NCBI GenBank assembly: GCA_028534125.1
Contig: CM052818.1
Location: 23,686,001-23,750,000 of the forward strand
Reading direction: 5' to 3'
Origin: Lama glama
Taxonomy: Eukaryota
DNA length: 64,000 nucleotides
The position numbers were made by a program, and so were the translations under genes. This document shows, one piece after another, positions 1-11,762 of this stretch. The stretch's first letter is position 1. Every line of letters begins with the position of its first letter. Below the pieces are notes generated by a model. The model was not told the DNA's origin. It searched no databases and was given only the letters and a program-made list of their open reading frames with translations.

Positions 1-1579
1 ACAATTCCTGAGCAATTATCAGGATTTCTTTAAAGGTCACAGAGTAGAAAGCCACTGTAAATGAAGAAACTGTGTCAGCCAGAAGGACCAACATCGTTTC
101 AGTACTTTATTGCTAATAAAATTCCTTACAATATATGCCAGAACCATGATGGCATGACACCTCGTTTGAGAACTAGTGTCATGGTAGAGATGTCCTGTCA
201 CTTCTTTCTCCATGTCGGATTCATGCCTACTTTTTAAGCTTTAAACTTTTGGAAATTCTAAAGGGGAGACGTTAATATTAACACTGACATTGAGGGAAAA
301 TCAATAATGAGAAAACTACCTGAAGAATGGTGTTCATTTAAGTGACATTGACATTAGGTAATCCACTAAGGGATTTCTATGAAGGAATACCCTGTGTTAA
401 TCTGGAAGGTTATAAGCAAGATTTTGAGATGAGAAATAGATACTGTGTGTCAAGATTTAAAATCTTTTAGAAATATAGAAGCTGATTTTTGAATTTTGAA
501 GTGTTTATTATTCCTGTAAAATCCTGGAAACTTTGAAGCCAAATACAACATAGCTATAAAATTACTGTAAAAAACATTAACACAGTGGAATGCAATGAAT
601 GCATGAACACATGAGAGTTCAAAGACCTTAACTGATGGGGTGTGACAAGTGGGAAATTTATTCAATTTCAGAAACTCCTGGATGTTATTTGATAACTGCA
701 GTATTTATTATTTATAAAGCATCAGATGTCTTTGAGAATTATCATATGGAGCAGAGGTTAAGACTGAGTGGTTTAGTTGTTCTAAAAGTTTACTTTTAAG
801 ATTTATGTAAAATATTTCTCCTTATTTTGTCTCATTTATATGAATGTTGACCTTTACAGTAAAACATCTCTCCCCAAAGTCATCTATAGTGTAATATTCT
901 ACTCTTTCTTGTTAGTAAGTGATGCCAGCTAGCCACACACAAAGGGCATCTTTATGTCTGATGTTACTGGTACTTAATTTTCAGGCCAGGAGAGAGATGC
1001 TTTATCTGTTGACTTTGAAAATTAAAGACATCCAAGTACAGCAGCATAAAGATATTCCTCTGCATTAAAATTGGAAATTCTAACTAATGCAAATAATTCT
1101 AATCAATGCAAAACTTAAAAAAAACCTGAAACAAAACTGGACCTCTGAACTGCTGTACAAATCTTTAATCCTCTTAATACTCAGGTGAATAAAAATCTTC
1201 AAGGGAAAATAATCACCAGAGTATCAATAAAACCATAAGGGCCATTATTGTCCCTAGTGAAAGGATATACAGGGGACTGAAATTATACAGATGTGCAAGA
1301 CAAGTTTTTCTGGGAAGACATCTTAAGAAGCCTTTCAACAGATATCAATAGCCCACTGTGGCAATGTTCTTTCTAATATTCTGTTATTATATCATTCAAT
1401 TTTCAACTGAAAAAGCTTTCTTGGAGAACTCTAAGATAAAAGGGAAATATTTTTTTTTAACTGAAAAAAAATTTTTTTTTGCTTTGTATTATTAGTCCTT
1501 TGGGAATCTTTAAAGGATCATATTGTATTTAATGAACATTTAATTACCAGTCAATGTATTACCACTAAGTGATATTATT

Positions 1580-2880
1580 TTTTTTTAATTATTGAAGTAC
1601 TGTCAGTTATAATCTCTCAATTTCTGGTGTATAGCACAATGTCCCAGTCATGCATATATATATATATATATACATACACATATATCTTCATATTCTTTTC
1701 CATTGAAGGTTATTATAAGATATGAATATAGTTCTCTGTGCTATACAGAAGGAACTGTTTTAAAAATCTATTTTTATACATAGTGGCTAACATTTGCAAA
1801 TCTCAAACTTCCAAATTTATCCCTTCCCATCATCTTTCCCCCAGTAACCATAGGATTGTTTACTATGTCTGTGAATCTGTTTCTGTTTTGTAGATGAGTT
1901 CATAGTGTCCTTTTTTTTTTTTTTGATTCCACATATGAGTGTTATCATATATTTTTCTTTCTCTTTCTGGCTTACTTCACTTAGAATTATGATCGCTGGA
2001 TCCATCCATGTCGCCGCAAATGGCATTGTTTTGTTCTTTTTTATGGCCGAGTAGTATTCCATTGTATAGATATAACATCGCTTCTTTATCCAGTCATCTG
2101 TTGATGAACATTTAGGTTGCTTCCATGTATTGGCTATTGTAGATAATGCTGCTGTGAACATTGGGGTGTATGTATCTTTTCTCATTGGAATTCCCTCTGG
2201 AAATATCCTCAGGAGTTGGATTGCTGGATCATATGGTAAATCTATTTTTAGTCTTTTGAGGAAACTCCATACTGTTTCCCATAATGGCTGTATCAAACTA
2301 CATTCCCACCAACAGTGTAGGAGGGTTCCCTTTTCTCCACAGCCTCTCTAGCATTTATTGTTTGTGGACTTTTGAATGATGGCCGTTCTGACTGGTGTGA
2401 GGTGATACCTCATAGTAGTTCTGATTTGCATTTTTCTTATAGTTAGCAATATTGAGCATTTTTCATGTGCCTATTGACCATTTGGATGTCTTCATTAGAG
2501 AACTGCTTGTTTGATTCTTCCGCCCATGTTTGGATTGGGTTTTTTTTTCTTACTAAGTTGTATGAGCTGTTTATATATTTTGGAAACTAAGCCTTTGTCA
2601 GTTGCATCAGTTGCAAATATTTTCTGCCATTCCATAGGTTGTCTTTTTGTTTTGCTTATGGTTTCCTTTGCTGTACAAAAGCTTATAAGTTTAATTAGGT
2701 CACATTTGTGTATTTTTGCTCTTATTCCTGCTTCTTTGGTAGACTGCCAGAGGAGAACACTGCTGAGATGTATGTCAGATAATGTTTTACCTGTGTTTTC
2801 TTCTAGGAGATTTATCGTGTCTTGTCTTATATTTAAGTCTTTAAGACATTTTAAGTTTATTTTTGTGTATGGTGTGAGGG
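1580..2880 (-). mobile_element. 5'-truncated young LINE-1 (ORF2 C-terminus, 3'UTR, polyA)
   Basis: ORF 1817..2296 matches the L1 ORF2 C-terminus ([31 protein letters not shown]). T-tract at ~1578-1586. TSD GATATTATT at 1571-1579 and 2881-2889. Confidence 0.95.
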
Positions 2881-4385
2881 GATATTATTACAAGTTAATT
2901 GTGGTTGTGTCTTTTTTAAGTATATGGGAAATATACCAGAAATACTAGAATTCTTAGAAAGAAAATCATTTGCTTCATTTAAGCTAGAAGAATAGAATCA
3001 ATACACAAACAGTATGAAGCGAAGTTTACCCAATTAAGCCTATTGTTGGATAAGCTTATGTTACCATGCAATATTTTATTATTATTATATTATTCAGTAT
3101 TTTATTTTAATACTTTCAAAGTTATCTTTGAGACAACTGAGATAATTACAAATCTATTCATCATTATGGATTTAGTATGGTCCAGGACAACTTAGGGTAT
3201 TATAGAATATATTAGGAACAGGGTATTTTAATTTCAATAAATTTTGTCATTGATCTTCGAATAATATATCCACTTAAGGGCTGGTACAATTACCTGTGAT
3301 TCAAAACCCTGGTCAGGAGAGGAGGGTGTTAAACTCTGGAGACATACATAAGCTATGTTTAGAATGTCATTAGAAGAAAATTCACCGCTGAATTCTGAAA
3401 TAGTGGGAAATACTGTGATAGTTCCAAAGATGTAGTGATAAACTCTTAATCATCCCAAAGACACTGTACTGTGTTGAATAGTAAGAAACCCTTCAAATGA
3501 ATTTTTTAAACTATGCGTTTGATTGCTACAAAGTACAATGTGATTTTCCTTTGAAATCCTATCAAAATAGGCTCTTTAACCTAATTTCACCATTCTCTGG
3601 GGAGAAAGCTCATACAATATAGTTTTAATTGACAGAGTTTTTCCCTTTAGGAATGTATATGATGGGGCTGCCTTTGTTCCCAGCAGGCATGAGGGCAGCA
3701 AGAAATTATTCAGTCATATTTTTGTATAGGTTCACTCAAAAGTGACAGAGCTATGCCAGAAGGCAGATTACATGGTTTTTAGATGAACCATAATAAAAAG
3801 GAACACTGCATTTCAAAATATATTTAAAATTGCAGGTCAGCAAAATCTTCTATTTAAGTTATCTCCTGTTTGAGACTTCACAGTAACATGTATGAAACTT
3901 TGTGTCACCTTCAATGAAGGAATGCCCCTTCCTTACTAATTTGATGGTGACTGTCTGTCACTGTTGCTCTTCCAGAATGGTCAGGGTTATCAGCACTGCT
4001 CACACCCAGGAAAAAAAGTAACTGCATTCCTTGGAGGGAGAGGGAAGAGTTATAATGGAAGATAGAGTCGTGAAGGGTCCAACATCTCTAGATTTTTACT
4101 GTTGCGGAAGTGTCGTATTTTTGTTGGGCTGCTGACTTGAATGCACTAGTCCTGACCCCCTCCCTCTCTTCTTTTCTTCTTTTCTTTCAATCAGCCAATG
4201 CTAACTCTGCTTCAGTTCTCAGCCTGTGTGTCTTCTTAGAGACGCTTTCTAAAAATGTCCACTTAGAGTTAAATAGTTTTATAGTATCTGATATGTAACT
4301 ACCAATGAACTTCATACTGGGCATTCTGAGTGTTTACTTGCTAATTTCTCTCAATAGGTCAAAAATTTCTCCAGTTGAGGAGTGG

Positions 4386-4880
4386 CATTAATGTCCTGTC
4401 ACTACTATAACAAATTGCCAAAGATTTAATGGCTTAAAACAAAAAGGCATTTATTATCTTAGAATTTTGGAGGTGAGAATTCAGAAATGGGTCTCATTGG
4501 CTAAAAATCAAGGTATTAGCTCTGTGGCATTGCTTTTGGAGGCTTGAGGGGAGAAGTCATTCGTTGGATTTTCCAGATTCTTACAGGCTGCCTCAACTCT
4601 TTGCTCATGGTCCCTTCCTGAAACTTCAAAGTCAAGTAGCATCTTCAGATTTTCCTCTCACGTTGATCTCTGCATTTGTTCACATTTCTTTCTCTGACTT
4701 TGACCATTCTGCCTCATTCTCCCTTTATAAGTGCCCTCTTACTACATTGGAACCCCCTAGATAATCCAGGATAATTTCCTCTTTTAAAAAGCCTTAATTA
4801 CATCTGCAATGTCTCTTTGCCAGGTGGGGTAAAATTGATGGAGTCCAGGTTTTGGGATGTGGATATCTTTGGCAAGGGAA
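4386..4880 (-). mobile_element. MaLR LTR (MLT1C/D-like)
   Basis: Recalled MLT1 motifs: ataacaaattgcca..ggcttaaaacaa..tttattatct, ataatccaggataatttc, ttaattacatctgcaa, ggatgtggatatctttgg. Confidence 0.8.
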
Positions 4881-5849
4881 TGGGAGGCAGGAGTGAGGGA
4901 GTTGGGGAGAGTGGTAACTCCACTCTGTGAAGGAACTCAGGTACCTCAGAATGGAGTTATCTTGTAGGGAAATGAAAAAAATGTCATCATATTCAGTCCA
5001 TTCAACCTAAGAGCTCTTTCTGTTTTAAAGGAATTGTGCCAAGGGTGTTCCCCCAAGGATGTTCTCCCCTTTGCCCTCTGCCCTATTTTCTCTTTCCTAG
5101 GGATTTCTTACTTGTAGTTTTATATCATAATTTAAAAATGATAAACCACAATATATTAAAATTATGATTATAAATCATTAGTATTTTCTATTCCAGTGCT
5201 ACTTCCTCTGTCTTGCCTTTTGTTTTTCAAATTGAAAATAGATGCTTCATTTTCCAGCATGCCTATTTTGGCATCGAACCAGAGTCTCTGTTACCCGAAG
5301 ACTCAGCTTGTCTTTGAGGCTGAGTAAGCACAAAACCAGAAAACCTCATGAGTTCCTTGGTGTGGTAATGGACTTCCTGGAGCTCAGAGAAATTGTTGTA
5401 GCAGAAAAAATTCTCTATATTCCTAGCTACTCTAAAAAGTGCTTATGCCAAATTTTGTTTCTTATGAGAGTATTTGTTTCTTTATTTCACAATCCATAAA
5501 GGGAGAGTGTTCCGTTAATCCACAACACACTATTATTACCTTTCTCTGTAAAGCCCATCCCTGATTTATGGATTGATTCCTTTTATTTTCATTCCTCACT
5601 CCCATTTTCCTCCCCCTACGGCCTAATTTGACTCTAATTTGCTTGATTTGTACTTTTGACTTTTTATGTGTCCTTTTAAAATTTATCATTATATTTTATA
5701 ATGTTTTTGTGTATAAAATTATATACATGAAAATACTATATTTTTACTTTTCTTTTCCATTTATCACTAGCTTTTTAATATCTACCCATATTACAGACAA
5801 TACATCTTGTTTTTTGCTACCAACTACCAGGGAGTAGTCTACAGTGTGT

Positions 5850-6330
5850 GTCCACTGTATTTTTCTAATTTATTGACCTAGGTACAGGTGTATTGCCTTC
5901 AACTGTCTACTTGAGTAAACACAACACACTTGATAATCTAGTGATCATGGATTTTCCCAAGAGTTTCTTCCTTACTGAACTCCAGAGTAACATTGCTAGG
6001 TATCAGTCTTGACTCAAGTAAGCACTAGGGAGCTACTCAGTACTTCTGCACCTGTCCGCCCCCTACCAGTAGTATGTGAGAGCTCCTGCTTGATGCCCTT
6101 ATCACTTACGGCATTCTAATGTTGCTAATCCGTAAGATTAAAGTAGTATCTTACTGTTCTAATTTGCATTCCTCTGATTATCAAACTCAGATATTAACCA
6201 TTATGCTTTTTCTTTCTGTGGATTGCCATGTAACATTTTCTACCTATTTGTCTCTTGTTTTTAATGCTCTGTTTTGTTGATTTCCTGGATAGCTTTGTTT
6301 TGCATAGATATTAATCACTTATTAATCTTA
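5850..6330 (-). mobile_element. Old L1 (L1ME-like) fragment
   Basis: Decayed L1 antisense motif tagtatcttactgttctaatttgcattcctctgatta at ~6145-6180. Confidence 0.5.
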
Positions 6331-6548
6331 GATACTACCTCTGCCTCATTCTTCCCTATTCATGTGCTGCACTTGGGTGTTCCACAGTGGCCTTTGCTTC
6401 AGGGGACATGGGTAACAGTTTTTAAAAGTTCAAATAAATACATCCACCAATTTGAGCAACCCAATATGGGTTACAGTTTCTGAAGGGAATAGATTATGAA
6501 TAAAATTTATGAATAAACTATCACCTTCATTCTGTGGCTGTCAAGTAC

Positions 6549-7191
6549 TGTGTGCCCAGTGGCTTTGGATTGTGTCAAGTAAACCAAGTTGGAACTAGCT
6601 TTTCCAGAATTTCCTTCTCTTTGGATTAGGATTGTCCATAGGAAAAAAATTCATGAGGTTTGGCAGGTGGATGTGAAACAGCAGTTATTTCTACGTTCTA
6701 GACATCAGTGTAGGGTGAGTGCCAGAAACTGCCATGGGTTGGATGATTGTGGCTGATCTGTTGGCTCACTTTGTTGATTTGGAGCAATATTTGTGCCTCC
6801 AAGTCCTCCAGCTCCCACAGAATATTCTTCTTCATCTTCTCCAAAATGCTGGATCTCCTGATTAATTTCCTTCTTCAACTTATATGTCATCTGTGAATAA
6901 TTGTGAAGTGAAGGATGCCAGCGTCACCTGCTGTATTATCAAGCATGAAGGCAACTTGAGACAGATGGGGATTCCAGTTGCTTATAACCCTGTTACCCTT
7001 TTACATTTAGATTTTCTCCACATCTGCAATCTAAGCAATTTTGGACTCAACACCAGAGACGAAAGCAATAGCTTTACATAGACTTCCCCTCTGTTTACAC
7101 AATTATATAAAAATCTAATCCCCATGGTGAATCTCCGACTACAATTCACTCACAGGTTTTCTGCGTCTGTGACCAAATTCTGGCTGATACA
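6549..7191 (+). mobile_element. Old ERVL solo LTR (LTR41/LTR52-like)
   Basis: 5' motif gtggctttgg..tgtgtcaa..ggaactagctttccagaatt. 3' end ctggctgataCA, typical of ERVL LTRs. Confidence 0.6.
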
Positions 7192-7369
7192 GTTTATGTC
7201 CAATAAGATGGATGTATACACTAATATGCAAATACATAAACGCAGAAATGTACTTATCACTGAATCAGATGACATAATTTCGAGCAGGCAAAATATAAAG
7301 CCTTGTTTATGGAAGCAGATCATTTAGTAGAAAATAGAATCAAATATGTTAGTTATATTCTTCAAGAGT

Positions 7370-7535
7370 AGTCATGTTTTAACCCATTTTGGGTAACAGA
7401 CCATTTTGGGAATCTGATAAGAAGCTGTGGCTCGTTTCTAAAAAAAAAAAAAAAAAAACCAAAAAAACAGTACAGTGTTTTGTATACTACTTCAGAATGT
7501 TCTCAGATCTCCTGAAGCCTGTCAGTAGACCAAAA
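7370..7535 (+). mobile_element. hAT-Charlie MITE (Charlie4z-like) with internal A-run
   Basis: ttttgggtaacagaccattttgggaatctgataagaagctgtgg..ctcctgaagcctgtc resembles the recalled consensus. Confidence 0.55.
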
Positions 7536-8704
7536 TCATTGAGGTGTTTGTGAATCCTTGAGTGAAAATTCCTCTCCCAGACCAAAGCACACCTTTTATT
7601 TCTTGCCAGTTTGATCTGTGCATGGTTAGCTCATTTTTTAGAACTCAGTTCTATTATGCATGAGATCACATATTCGACCCATGAATAGTCCAAATGCCCT
7701 AGCTCTTCCAACCAGCACAGGTCAAATATCTTTCACATGTATGCTATGAGTTACAAGCAGTATCTAGTGAGAACTTAAGAATGACTGAAAGTTTATTCCT
7801 CCTGGCTGTAATTAACAATTGAAATCCCTGCCAGTGCTGGTTGATGGTACCATCTTGTATTCAAGGTAACAAACGTAAGGTCTGGACCATGGTGTCTTGC
7901 TTTTGAAGCCAACAGTTGATGATAAAAGTTAAATTTTCCAATGTTCCTTGATAAATTTCTACTGTTGATGTTTCTATATGACTACCAGAGTCCAGAAGTT
8001 TAGGAACTTTCCGTGTGTCACTGCGGAACAGCAAGCAGACATGGCCAGTGGCAAGCGTTTGGTATATTTTGCAAAATCTAGTTAAGACAGATTCAAATGT
8101 AAACTTCTGCTTTTCCAAGCCATGAACAAATAGATTCCAGACATGAACGTGGGGAGAGGGGGAAGCACAATCAACTGGAAAGCTTCCTGATAGCGTTTCT
8201 TTAGAGTAAAACATTTTCATTTATTTTTGAAAATAATGAGCAATCCTGATGAGAAAGGTGAATAAAATGCATACTCCTCAATTAATTAAAAAAGAGGCCA
8301 CATAAAATAAGGTTCTGCCAGCCTCATCATTCTAATTTCTAATTTCAAGTTATTTCTAAGGAAATGGGAAGAGATAGAGAATGATGGTAAACTCGTGGAA
8401 AATACTGAGATCTTCTAAAGAAGATTTAATAAAAATTGATTACATAATCCTGGAGTTTACTTTTCCCAAGATTTTCAGAATGTCAGCGTTAGGTTACTTC
8501 CTAGCCAGCAGTGGGTTTTGGGAATCTGAGGGTAAAGAAATTGCTTCTTAAACTATTTGGGTTCATTTTCCCGTTTTCACTTTGTGGCCACGTCAGACAC
8601 ACTAAAAGGCTACTTAAGCCCCAGTACACTCTGGGTTCTCCATGTGTCTTATCACTTACTCTTTCCTCCTAAATGAGAAAATTCAAATCACCTTTTTCTA
8701 AAAT

Positions 8705-8900
8705 GCTAGGGGATAAGGGGAAGGGGAATGGGAGGTGATTGATAATGGCTACAGAGTTCATTTTGGGGAGTGATGAAAATTTTCAGAATTAGACAGTGGC
8801 AGTGGTTGAATAATCCGTGAGTTACTGAAAAGCACTCAGTTGTGTGCTTTAAATCGTGAATTTTATGTTATGTCAATTATATCTCAATAAAAACAAAAAC
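8705..8900 (+). mobile_element. L1MB-like 3' end
   Basis: ttttggggagtgatgaaaattttcagaattagacagtgg..gtgaattttatgttatgtcaattatatctcAATAAA followed by an A-rich tail. Confidence 0.85.
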
Positions 8901-9046
8901 ACTACAGCCAAGAAAACATGCAAAAGTAAGATTCCCACCCAGTGAAACCCAGACAAAGGCCCGCCTCTTTGTCAGCGTCTGCTTCTTCTGCTGCTCCGGC
9001 ACTGCCATGTCCCCATCCTCCAGACGTGGTCGCGAACCCGGTCATA

Positions 9047-9135
9047 GTGTGCCCGGTCACCGCGGTTTGCCTGAGAAAGTCCTGCATCCCAGGAGATCTC
9101 TCAGTCCTGGGCAAACCTGGACCATTAGTCATCCT
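9047..9135 (-). mobile_element. MER81 (hAT-Blackjack MITE), partial
   Basis: Reverse complement caggatgactaatggtccaggtttgcccaggactgagagatctcctgggatgcaggacttt resembles MER81 and the copy at 11.65 kb. Confidence 0.65.
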
Positions 9136-10269
9136 GCTTGTCAACAGGCACTCTGTTTGTAAGTAGGGCTTGCATGTTTTCTGTGTTTCCAAAAGCATTT
9201 GCATTTTCTCTTTTGCAAATATACTGCCCCTTCCCACCACTTACCTTTTGGAAGAAGGAGGCAGGACCCTTGTGAGCACTTGGCCTCATGCCCCTTAGTT
9301 TAGTATTAACTGAAGCCATGATTCTTTTCATCACAGCTCTGGCCTGGAGTCCCTACAGTGTTTGTATATTTGCATGCATTTAACTAACCGATTAAAAAAT
9401 AATGTTTCCTAAAAAGGCAATAAGAAACATATTAGTTTTTTTTTTCTTAAAATGATCAAAATTCTCCCTTTTATAGTCACTGAAACTCAATTTTCTTGTT
9501 TCTTGTACGCTTCTGCTTTAGAAATAAAGACTTACTGGTAGTGTCTCTTCATATCTTTAAGGTTGCAACAGATTCTGTCAGGGCCCACAGCAGATCTGGG
9601 TTATGAATGACCATTTACTTCTCGGTTGGGGTTTCTCAGTACCACACAGACTATAGTGTATGAGATAAGCTATGAAGGGCTTAGCCCCAGTAGCACCAGA
9701 ACTCACTTGTGTTCCCTGTACTCTGCAGGAATGCGCAGAGGACACGGTTCTAGGCTGTCACCTCTGATTCTGTCCTATATCCAGAAATATGTGGAGGAGT
9801 CCCAATTTTCTGAGACCTTCAGCTCTTCTGTTACTATTAGTTGAGCCAATTATTAACCTTGGTAATTAGTCCTTTTCACATCTCAATCTTGTTCAGTCCA
9901 TTTCAGAAGATGGAAAGGGAGGTCGATGCATTACAGTCACTGTAGCATGAAGAGCTACATTAAAATAATGCTCCTAAGGTCACATAGAACTAATGCAGCT
10001 GAATCAAATTCAAGACCCATTAGCTTGATTCCAAATGTGGCTGGACAATGAACTCCCTGGCTGGGATTTTGAAAGCGTGTCTACTGCTTTGGTAATTAAC
10101 CTTGCTTCTCTTGGTTTAAAATCCTTCTGATAGTATCTCTTGGCTTTGTGCCATATCTAAATAAACCCAAACCCTAGTCACTTGAACTCTTCTGTAGCTT
10201 ATAAAGGAGTAGAAGTATGGAGCTTCTGAAAGATGAAAGGCTTCCTTTCAAGCGTGGCTCAAAACCAGC

Positions 10270-10505
10270 CCTAGGAAACTCCCCACTTCTTCCCTATCCA
10301 TACTTGCCTGTTTAATTTTTTTCCAAAGCATTTATGACTTTCTGACTGGCCACTTATTTATCTTATTTGCTTATTGTCTCTCTCCTGACTCTGGTATGTA
10401 AATTCCATGACAACAGGGATTTTATCTGTTTTGGTTTCTTGTTCTATCTCCGGTGTCTAAGTGCCTGGCTCCCAGTGTGTATTTTTGAATGAATAAGTAG
10501 GTAAA
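10270..10505 (+). mobile_element. L2 3' end
   Basis: tgtaaattccatgacaacagggattttatctgttt..gtgcctggc..ttttgaatgaat, the L2 terminal motif. Confidence 0.75.
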
Positions 10506-11650
10506 TGCCTTAAACAGACAGAAAAGTAAAATATGGTGGAGCTGCATTTCATGGGGAATGAAGGTAGAAAATCTTTTAAAGTACAGTACGTATGCAGAGA
10601 GACATACTGTCTCTTATTGAATCCAACAAGTATTTTTCCCTCAAGCACCAAAACAGCTGTATATTTCTTTCATTGGACTTGCTTTGCTAAAAGTGTAGTT
10701 ACCATACTGTACTGAAAATGTTTATCTTTTAAAGCTGGAATCACAATAATCACAGAACTCTAGTTGAACACAAATAAATGCAATGCGCCGCTAGTATTAT
10801 AAGGAGAAATGCTCCCTCCTAACCCAGCCAGACATCAATACCAAGAGGTGAAATTCCTCTGCCTCTAGAGAGTGAAACAGACTGAAGATCCTTGCTAGCC
10901 AGGCATGAATCTAGGCTATCTTAAAGTCTAACTTTCCATCTAGAGCACCACTTCCTGTTCCACCCGAACATCTGCAGCTCTAAGTCTGGGAGTTGATGGC
11001 AGCACCATCTTGGATCTTTCAGAGTTGGAAGGGTGGCACTGGCATCACATTTATTGTGTGGTCACTGGGGAAAGGCACTGCTCTAATAATTCCCAGTTCA
11101 GCTAAAGTTCAGGATACATGTGAGAATTAAAAAAAAAAATGGTCCTCAGATTTATGTGAATGTTTGGATTTCTCTTGTGTCTTTGTTCGTCTATTCCCAG
11201 GTCAGTTTTCTCTGCTGTCCCGGTATCTTTGCTCTGGCAGTGACCAGATGGTCCCATTTCACTGTCAATTTAGATTTTGTGTATCACACCTGTTTGGCTT
11301 GGTATCCAAGAGATATATTCCAAGAATTACTTAATCCTAATGCTCTGTGTTCTTATCACTTCATGATGTACTCAGGCAGATGATGGCTTTTGGCAAATAG
11401 AAGGCCTTGTTTATTTGCAGATCATCCACTCATTTGCCATATGAATAGAGGACGACATTTAAAAAAGTCTATTTTAACACTGGCTCATGTATTCCAGGGA
11501 GAAATAAATAAGACAAAGGAACAAATTCCCAAACTTTTAGGTGCCCTTTGAAGCATTGTCTTTAGCCCTAAATATCTCCAATGGGTTTAAGTAAGGTCCA
11601 CAGATGCCATGGACATGTCTGAAGCATAAACAGGTAAAGTAGGGAGAAGG

Positions 11651-11762
11651 AAATTTGACCAACCATCCTGGTTTGCCTGAGACTGAAGGTTTTCACAGGA
11701 AGTGGGGCTTGAAGGCTAAAACTGGGGAAGGCTTAGGCAAATCAGGATGGTTGGTCACCCTA
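11651..11762 (+). mobile_element. MER81 (hAT-Blackjack MITE)
   Basis: About 110 bp with inverted arms 11656-11681 and 11732-11757. Ends ggtcacccta. Confidence 0.85.

Noticed and set aside
2130..2948. Hydrophobic ORFs 2130..2351 and 2511..2948 (also 39859..40356 and 56716..57180)
   Set aside because: They are antisense frames of L1 ORF2, not membrane proteins.
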